A DNA stretch of 64,000 nucleotides from a bacterium. GTDB taxonomy: Bacteria > Bdellovibrionota_C > UBA2361 > CALJRW01. The translations under genes and the position numbers were made by a program. Below are positions 57,677-64,000 of this stretch, piece by piece (position 1 is the first letter of the stretch; every line of letters begins with the position of its first letter). The DNA is taken from assembly GCA_031385045.1 (NCBI GenBank), contig JANNBC010000024.1:128001-192000 (forward strand). Reading direction: 5' to 3'. The notes below the pieces were generated by a model that was not told the origin of the DNA, did no database searches, and was given only the letters and a program-made list of their open reading frames with translations.

Positions 57677-58791
57677 GAAGGCTCTTCTTTCAGCTTCCAT
57701 TCCGTTGCACTCACTCTTTCAAAGATATCAGTATTTACAAAAGTATCTCTGATTCGGTAAAATTCTTCTAACGACATGCCAATGTATTCGCAAAATTCTG
57801 GGACGAATTCAATTTTACCATCAATTTCTTTGATAATTTTTAATCCCGCCTCTCTGGTCAGGCGATTATTTCTGATATGGATATTTACTTGATCGGTTGC
57901 TCGCCCATAGCCATATTTAACCCATTTCAAATGTTCACGAATACCCTCAAAGCGCGAATCAACGTTTTCATTTGGATCCCAACAGCCTGCCCATGCTTTA
58001 TCCAATGCTTTCCAGTTGAGACGATCTTTAATCATTTGTGTGTGCTCAATTGGATCCCATTTAAAAAAATAACCATAGAAGAGTCCTGTCACTTGAGCAT
58101 CTTGTAACTCTTGATCTGTTGGAAAAGATAAGCATTTCAAATCAGCCATGGCGATTTCATCATCGACCATGTCTTCCTCACGAAATCCACGCATGCAACC
58201 AAACTCTTGACGATATCGTCTGTCGAATACTTTTCTTTCGCGGTCCGCAGCAGGGCCTCCATATTCTAATAGCGGATTCTCACCGTAGATAATTAGCGGA
58301 ATTTTATAACTAGTAGCAATCCTAAATGGGAAGGTAAATATTCCGACATGATTGACCCAGTAAGGATCTCCAACAATTTCAAACCCTTTACGCACAAGCT
58401 TGCGTACCATTTTGGGATTCATTGTGAAATGAATATGATCTACCCCAATCTCACGAAGTACATCTAGGTTATATCGACTTCGTTCACAGTGATCGAATTG
58501 ATCGAAGGTTACCGCTAGGGGATTCATTTTATGGACAACCTTCATTTGATAAGCTTGATAGGTGCTGTCCTTGCCTCCACTTACTGGGACAACGCAATCA
58601 TATGTTAGTCCATCAGGCGAGCGATATTCTGTTAGTATTTTTTCAAATTCTTGTTGACGTCCCGACCAGTCGATAGCATTTAATACCCCGTGTTTTCGAT
58701 CTGCTGAGTGGCAAGCATCGCAAATGCCCTGGTCATCAAAATATATATCTGGTTTAGTGTCAGGGAAAAGACAAAGGTTACAATATTTCAT
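57673..58791 (-). CDS. N-acetyl sugar amidotransferase (PseA/WbuX family)
   Basis: C..C...PDTKP...CDAC, YDCVVPVSGGKDS PP-loop, YGEN, KYGYGRA. Confidence 0.88.
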   Translation of the reverse strand: MKYCNLCLFPDTKPDIYFDDQGICDACHSADRKHGVLNAIDWSGRQQEFEKILTEYRSPDGLTYDCVVPVSGGKDSTYQAYQMKVVHKMNPLAVTFDQFDHCERSRYNLDVLREIGVDHIHFTMNPKMVRKLVRKGFEIVGDPYWVNHVGIFTFPFRIATSYKIPLIIYGENPLLEYGGPAADRERKVFDRRYRQEFGCMRGFREEDMVDDEIAMADLKCLSFPTDQELQDAQVTGLFYGYFFKWDPIEHTQMIKDRLNWKALDKAWAGCWDPNENVDSRFEGIREHLKWVKYGYGRATDQVNIHIRNNRLTREAGLKIIKEIDGKIEFVPEFCEYIGMSLEEFYRIRDTFVNTDIFERVSATEWKLKEEPS

Positions 58792-58997
58792 AGTTACAAA
58801 TTAATTCATTGATCTAATTATTGGATCCCATCATAAAGCTTTTGCTATCTTTACTTCAAGACTAAAACTTACTATTCTTTAAACCTTGTGGTCTGAGAAT
58901 ATTTCCTTGTCTAAGTAGTATTCTAGAGCTTTTTGACTGGCCTCATCCTCCGTTTTCGCTAGTAAGATATTGGCAAGCTTTTATTTAAAAAATTTTC

Positions 58998-59603
58998 ATG
59001 TCTACGCAAGTAGTAGTAATTGATTATCAAATGGGCAATACCTGCTCAGTCCTAAAGGCTCTAAATCGCCTTGGTGTTAGTCATCAACTTTCCGCCAACC
59101 CAGATGTCATTCGTGATGCTTCTCATTTAATCCTACCAGGGGTGGGTCATTTTGAAACTGGTAGTAGAAATCTTCAAGTAAATAACCTCAATCAATTAAT
59201 TTTAGAACATGCCAACGCGAAACCACTCTTAGGAATTTGTCTGGGTATGCAATTATTATTTAATAGTAGTGCAGAGGCTCCTGGGGCTCCTGGACTAGGA
59301 TTAATTGATGGGCACTTTGATCGTTTTCAAGTCAAACTAAAAGTTCCACATATCGGTTGGAATGAGATCCGCGGCGATAACCTCCCAGCTATCTTTAAAG
59401 ACATCCCAAGTCATACTAATTTTTATTTCGTTCATAGCTATTATGCTATTTTAAATGAATCGTTAGCTGTTTCGGAAACAGATTATGAAATTAATTTTGT
59501 TTCTGCGGTGCAAAAAAATAAAATATTTGGTACCCAGTTTCATCCTGAGAAAAGTCAAAGTGCCGGACTAAAAATATTAAAGAATTTTATAGAATTTAAC
59601 TAG
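58998..59603 (+). CDS. HisH-like glutamine amidotransferase subunit (WbuY-type)
   Basis: LPGVG, GICLGMQ, PHIGWN, YFVHSY, QFHPEKS; polysaccharide gene context. Confidence 0.9.
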   Translation: MSTQVVVIDYQMGNTCSVLKALNRLGVSHQLSANPDVIRDASHLILPGVGHFETGSRNLQVNNLNQLILEHANAKPLLGICLGMQLLFNSSAEAPGAPGLGLIDGHFDRFQVKLKVPHIGWNEIRGDNLPAIFKDIPSHTNFYFVHSYYAILNESLAVSETDYEINFVSAVQKNKIFGTQFHPEKSQSAGLKILKNFIEFN

Positions 59604-59611
59604 AAGGCGCT

Positions 59612-60367
59612 ATGCTTAAGATTCGGATCATTCCAGTATTGCTTTTTAAAAACTGGGGCATAGTTAAAAGCGTTAAGTTTACTGATTTACGAGTTGTTGG
59701 CGATCCAACTACTAATGCTCGAGTCTTTAATCAACGCAATGCTGATGAGTTAGTTTTTTTAGATATTATTGCCAGCCGGGAAAATAAAGGGCCTAATTTT
59801 GAAGTCATTAAAAATATCGCTAAAGAATGTTTTATGCCTTTAACAATTGGTGGTGGAATTAATTCCATGGAAGATGTTGATCAATTGTTCGAGATTGGAG
59901 CAGATAAGTTATCTTTTAATACTAGCCTTTTTCATAATCCCGATTTAATCAGGGCTGTTGTTGGAAAATATGGCTCACAAGCAGTAGTCGCTTCAATTGA
60001 TGTTGATAATAGTCAGAAACTCATGCAAGTAAAGACTCGCTGCGGAACTGAAGATACTGGATATACGGCACTAACCGCGGTAAGGCTAGCAGAAGATTTA
60101 GGTGTTGGTGAGATTTTATTAAATTCGATCGATCGTGATGGAACGGCCACTGGTTATGATCTAGAATTAATAACAGCTGTTACTCAGGCCAGTAATTTAC
60201 CAGTTATTGCCTGCGGGGGCTGTGGAAAGCTCGCTGATTTACTAGATGCTTCTCGTGCTGGTGCAGATGCCTTAAGTGCAGCAACTATCTTCTATTATGT
60301 CGGAGAGAGCATTATTACAATTAAGAATTACCTAGCTAAAGAAGGCTTACCTGTAAGATTAAAATAG
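59612..60367 (+). CDS. HisF-like cyclase paralog (WbuZ-type)
   Basis: RIIPVLL, VGDP, ADELVFLDI, CFMPLTIGGGI, SIDRDGT..GYD; polysaccharide context rather than a his operon. Confidence 0.88.
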   Translation: MLKIRIIPVLLFKNWGIVKSVKFTDLRVVGDPTTNARVFNQRNADELVFLDIIASRENKGPNFEVIKNIAKECFMPLTIGGGINSMEDVDQLFEIGADKLSFNTSLFHNPDLIRAVVGKYGSQAVVASIDVDNSQKLMQVKTRCGTEDTGYTALTAVRLAEDLGVGEILLNSIDRDGTATGYDLELITAVTQASNLPVIACGGCGKLADLLDASRAGADALSAATIFYYVGESIITIKNYLAKEGLPVRLK

Positions 60368-61525
60368 TCACAGTGAATTAATTCCATCTGTTAAAACTTT
60401 AATTACACGCTGCTGTTGTGCTTCCGTTAGTTTGGGATGGATTGGAATAGCCAAAGTTTGTTTAGAATAGTTTTCAGCAACGGCGAGATCAGAATAAACC
60501 TGTCCTAGTGATTGATAATAAGGCTGAAGATGTACTGTTTGATAATGAGTATTCACACCAATCCCCTGTTCGATACAGTATTTATAAAGTGGATCTCTAA
60601 TCTTCTCAGGGACTCGAATTGAATACAAATGCCAAGCAGAAAGTAAATCTAATGGGGGCTTAGAAATTAATGCTTGGCTAAGGTGTTGATTGTAGTAAAT
60701 AGCGATTTCTCGACGACGATTAATAAAACTATCTAGCTTTTTTAATTGAGTAATTCCAAGGGAAGCTTGTATGTCTGTTAGGCGATAATGATAACCTAGT
60801 TCCTGTTGTTCGTAATGCCAGGCAGGAAGATTTTTATTAATTAATTCTGCTGGCTCTCTTGTGATCCCATGGGTTCGTAGTTTTAGCAGTTTCTTGGCAA
60901 TTTCAGGATTTGTTGTCAGGCAAGCACCACCCTCAGCCGTAGTGACGCTCTTAACTGCATGGAAGCTTAAGACTGTGATGTCAGAATAGTGGCAGCAGCC
61001 GACTGGCATTTGAGATTGATAAATTCCCCCTAAAGAATGAGCGGCATCTTCAATAATAAAAAATCCGTATTCTCTTGATAGTGCCTTTAGCTCAGACATG
61101 CCAGCACTGCGTCCCGAAAAATGGACGGGAACAAGTACATCTGGCAAGCGATTATCTTTTTTTGCTTGAAATAGTTTTTCTTTTAGGACTGGAATCGACA
61201 TGTTGGCAGTAAGCGGATCAACATCCACAAAATCAACATTTGCTCCTACATAAAGGCCAGCATTAGCACTGGCTACAAATGTAATTGGCGTAGTCCAAAC
61301 TAGTGAGCCAGATTTAATTCCTAGTGATAGCATTGCTAAATGAAGACCTGCTGTAGCACTAGAGACTGCTATCGCATGGGGTACTTGGCAGTATTCTTCA
61401 AGGGCGGTTTCAAACTCCCTAATTTTTGGTCCTTGAGTGAGATGACTAGAGCGTAATACTTCTACAACTCCGACTATGTCATCCTCCTCAATTAGCTGAC
61501 AACTATATGGGATAAATTCATTCAC
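60368..61525 (-). CDS. pseC: PLP-dependent sugar aminotransferase, PseC-like
   Basis: IPYSCQ, LTQGP, SSATAGLH, EDAAHSLG, SFHAVKSVTTAEGG, LRTHGI; directly downstream of pseB. Confidence 0.88.
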   Translation of the reverse strand: MNEFIPYSCQLIEEDDIVGVVEVLRSSHLTQGPKIREFETALEEYCQVPHAIAVSSATAGLHLAMLSLGIKSGSLVWTTPITFVASANAGLYVGANVDFVDVDPLTANMSIPVLKEKLFQAKKDNRLPDVLVPVHFSGRSAGMSELKALSREYGFFIIEDAAHSLGGIYQSQMPVGCCHYSDITVLSFHAVKSVTTAEGGACLTTNPEIAKKLLKLRTHGITREPAELINKNLPAWHYEQQELGYHYRLTDIQASLGITQLKKLDSFINRRREIAIYYNQHLSQALISKPPLDLLSAWHLYSIRVPEKIRDPLYKYCIEQGIGVNTHYQTVHLQPYYQSLGQVYSDLAVAENYSKQTLAIPIHPKLTEAQQQRVIKVLTDGINSL

Positions 61526-61546
61526 TTCTGTTTTACTTTTTCACAA

Positions 61547-62539
61547 TTATAGCCGTTTTAGTAGCTCTCTAATTTCATCGACCGATAAAAAGACTGGGTT
61601 ATTTTCTGAGCTATATTCAAATTCTTCTACTACCGGTTGACCCTTTTCTCCAATTGCCGTTTGACGATAATCAAAATCCTCAGATAAATTAAATACTGGT
61701 TGGATTGTATAGAAATCTTTAAATTCTAAAATTCGAGAACTTAAATCTTTCGGGCAAAGGACTTCATGGAGTTTTTCACCAGGGCGAATTCCAACATTTC
61801 TAAAATCACGATTTCCAGACATAGCTTCTGCTAAATCGGTAATTTTAAAAGAAGGAATTTTAGGAGTAAAGATTTCACCTCCATGCATTCTTTTAAATGA
61901 ATTAAAGACAAATTCAACAGCCTCACTGAGAGTTACAAAGAATCTAGTCATGCGCGGATCCGTAATTGGCAATTGTGTAATGCCATTAGCTAATTGTTGC
62001 TGATAGAAAGGAATTACTGAGCCCCGAGAGCACAGTACGTTGCCATAGCGGACGATACTAAATTTAGGACCATGCTGCCCACGGATATTATTAGCTGCAG
62101 AGAATAATTTATCAGCAACAAGTTTTGTCGCGCCATACAGGTTAACTGGGGAAACTGCTTTATCGGTTGATAAGGCGATAACTTTTTTTACTTTTGCTTC
62201 AAAACAAGCCTCGATTAAATTTTCGGCCCCCATGATATTTGTTTTTATTGCTTCATCTGGGTTATATTCTAGTGCCGGGACTTGTTTTAAAGCGGCGGCA
62301 TGGATTACATAATCAATTCCATAGAGTGCGCGAGTTAATCTAGCACGATCACGAACGTCACCAAGAAAAAAGCGGAGCCTTTCGTCCGGCAATTCATTTT
62401 GCATATCAAATTGCTTTAGCTCGTCGCGAGAAAAGATAACAATTTTATTAGGATTAAAACGCTCTAGGATTGTCTTGACACAAAACTTTCCAAAGGAACC
62501 AGTTCCACCAGTAATTAAAATATTTGCATTATTAAACAT
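61547..62539 (-). CDS. pseB: UDP-GlcNAc 4,6-dehydratase (inverting)
   Basis: ITGGTGSFG, SRDELKQ, HAAALKQVP..EYNP, STDKA..P.NLYGATK, VRYGNV..SRGSV, GIRPGEKLHE. Confidence 0.93.
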   Translation of the reverse strand: MFNNANILITGGTGSFGKFCVKTILERFNPNKIVIFSRDELKQFDMQNELPDERLRFFLGDVRDRARLTRALYGIDYVIHAAALKQVPALEYNPDEAIKTNIMGAENLIEACFEAKVKKVIALSTDKAVSPVNLYGATKLVADKLFSAANNIRGQHGPKFSIVRYGNVLCSRGSVIPFYQQQLANGITQLPITDPRMTRFFVTLSEAVEFVFNSFKRMHGGEIFTPKIPSFKITDLAEAMSGNRDFRNVGIRPGEKLHEVLCPKDLSSRILEFKDFYTIQPVFNLSEDFDYRQTAIGEKGQPVVEEFEYSSENNPVFLSVDEIRELLKRL

Positions 62540-62804
62540 AGACTTACTTTTCTTTTATCTACAAAAATTTTGATAATTATTTGCTTAAATCAAAATATAA
62601 TCCCCCCTAGGGAAATTAGTTTTTGGACTCACTATAGATATTTTCTCAGGCGATTTATTCACTGCACCGGAAACTATTGGAAAATCAAAAGTATTGATTG
62701 ATTTGGCCAATCATATATTTAAACGCTTTCAGCGACTATGACAACGTGAAAAATTTACTCCACTAGTATTAATAAGGGTTTAAGTCGCACTGTTTAGCAA
62801 AGTT

Positions 62805-63848
62805 TTAGTAAATTATTGAATATAATACTCGAGGCATTGTGCCTGAACGACCTCTGGTAATTCTTGCTTTTAAATAATACGCTCTTTGCAGACCAAACTT
62901 GATCTTAGCATAGATATCAAAAGAATTTGATTGTACGTTAAAAGTTGAACCGACAGCAAAGCCTGGGGGCAAAATACTAGCATTATTAATATCTGAAGTG
63001 CTTTCAAATGGACCATCAGACTCGATATGACTTCTGATACTTTCAACAATGGTTTCATCTATTTCTCGGGAGACAGATAGTAAAACCTGATCGCTTGCTA
63101 CATTAATATTAATTCCCCGAATGGTGCTTTCCCCACTTCCATGAGTGGTCACATACGGGGCAATCGCATTAACCCGGCGCGGAGTCATGCCCGGCACTGT
63201 CGCTAATTGACCAAAAAAACCAAATTTTTTATTAGTGATATATTTTTTATCGACCTCACTTTCACTACCAGTTGCATAGGGAGTATCAAAAGATTTAGAG
63301 TCACGATCCTGCCAATCAATTAAATTCCCAATTACTTCTCGAATTGAAAAGACCTTCCCTCCAGCTACTTTTTTATTATCTGGTTCTGATAATTTATCTT
63401 CAAATCCAAGTTCCGTAAACAAATGATCGAAAGATTCAATTAGGGGCTCAGGCTTGGAGCTATTGGGAAGCGCAATTATTGATTCTAGTTCTGAAATATT
63501 TAATTTAGAGTTAGTTGGAATTAACTCTAAGTATATTTCGGAACTCTGATCAGTAAGTCCTAAGTATTCATTGGGAACCCGAGGGTTTAAGGCAAAGACT
63601 CCCCAGCCATCAGCTTGATAGGCATCAAATTTATTTTTATCTTCCTTAATTAAGACTTGAGAAAAATTAAGTAATGATTTTAAGAGATATTCTGCTTGTA
63701 ATCCTCGTTCCACCATTCCCATTGTGCGAGTGGAGATGAATGTTGAATAAGTTAAATTAATTACTAGGATACTTGCTAGGGCAACAATAAAAATAACCAA
63801 AACAATGGCAACACCCTGATTTTTTGTATTTTTTGTGCCGATGCTCAC
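62805..63848 (-). CDS. gspK: Type II secretion minor pseudopilin GspK
   Basis: Prepilin-like QGVAIVLVIFIV, KLNI, LIDWQDRD, VPGMT, ININVAS..VL. Confidence 0.85.
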   Translation of the reverse strand: MSIGTKNTKNQGVAIVLVIFIVALASILVINLTYSTFISTRTMGMVERGLQAEYLLKSLLNFSQVLIKEDKNKFDAYQADGWGVFALNPRVPNEYLGLTDQSSEIYLELIPTNSKLNISELESIIALPNSSKPEPLIESFDHLFTELGFEDKLSEPDNKKVAGGKVFSIREVIGNLIDWQDRDSKSFDTPYATGSESEVDKKYITNKKFGFFGQLATVPGMTPRRVNAIAPYVTTHGSGESTIRGININVASDQVLLSVSREIDETIVESIRSHIESDGPFESTSDINNASILPPGFAVGSTFNVQSNSFDIYAKIKFGLQRAYYLKARITRGRSGTMPRVLYSIIY

Positions 63849-63898
63849 GCCAAGTTATTCCATAAAATGAGCGTTACTAACGCCTCAACTGCTATGGT

Positions 63899-64000
63899 TT
63901 AGTGTGCAATGGAACGATCAAATTGTACAGTGCTAGTATTTCCTAATAATGACTCGGCATCTTCTTTTACAAGGTCAGCAAGTTTTTCAATTAGATGTAT
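63899..64000 (-). CDS. C-terminal fragment of an upstream gene (truncated by window edge)
   Basis: Only open minus-strand frame at the edge: IHLIEKLADLVKEDAESLLGNTSTVQFDRSIAH*. Confidence 0.35.
   Translation of the reverse strand: MHLIEKLADLVKEDAESLLGNTSTVQFDRSIAH

Noticed and set aside
58998..60367. Histidine biosynthesis hisH/hisF
   Set aside because: No other his genes; context with a PseA/WbuX amidotransferase and pseB/pseC indicates sugar-modification paralogs.
439..63058. Short ORF-track entries overlapping long genes (e.g. 439-669, 540-833, 14107-14451, 16017-16502, 22144-22560, 26088-26387, 41169-41384, 62870-63058)
   Set aside because: Antisense or alternate-frame shadows of well-supported genes, with no motifs.

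Overview
AT-rich, gene-dense chromosomal window from a Gram-negative (lipid A-making) bacterium; I cannot assign its taxonomy from sequence alone. I saw no rRNA, tRNA, CRISPR array, transposase or integrase. In order: (1) an oleA-oleBC(fused)-oleD olefin biosynthesis operon; (2) a ~10 kb accessory island (4984-14971) with four paralogous ankyrin-repeat proteins carrying a C-terminal PcfJ-like His-Cys domain, a DOT1-like SAM methyltransferase, a 62-aa proline-rich peptide and a divergent gene resembling uncharacterised large-phage proteins; (3) an envelope block with AsmA, waaA, lpxK, a DUF374 acyltransferase, an in-frame LpxB-MsbA fusion and a lipoprotein with three lytic-transglycosylase-like domains that all lack the catalytic Glu; (4) riboflavin genes with RibD split and reversed, an HD hydrolase, a MerR-like regulator, a degenerate PRTase and a membrane pseudokinase; (5) a reduced F-like type IV secretion locus (traL/E/K/B/V/C-like genes, TraX, pilin, M23 and SH3 proteins) with no relaxase, coupling protein or TraW/U/N/F/H/G in the window; (6) a type 2 IleRS; (7) a pseudaminic acid-type sugar cluster with an amidotransferase/HisH/HisF trio; (8) gspK. 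The best candidate for an undescribed system is the ankyrin-PcfJ array with its methyltransferase and peptide, possibly as cargo of the non-conjugative T4SS. Family calls come from motif recognition by eye, not from database searches.
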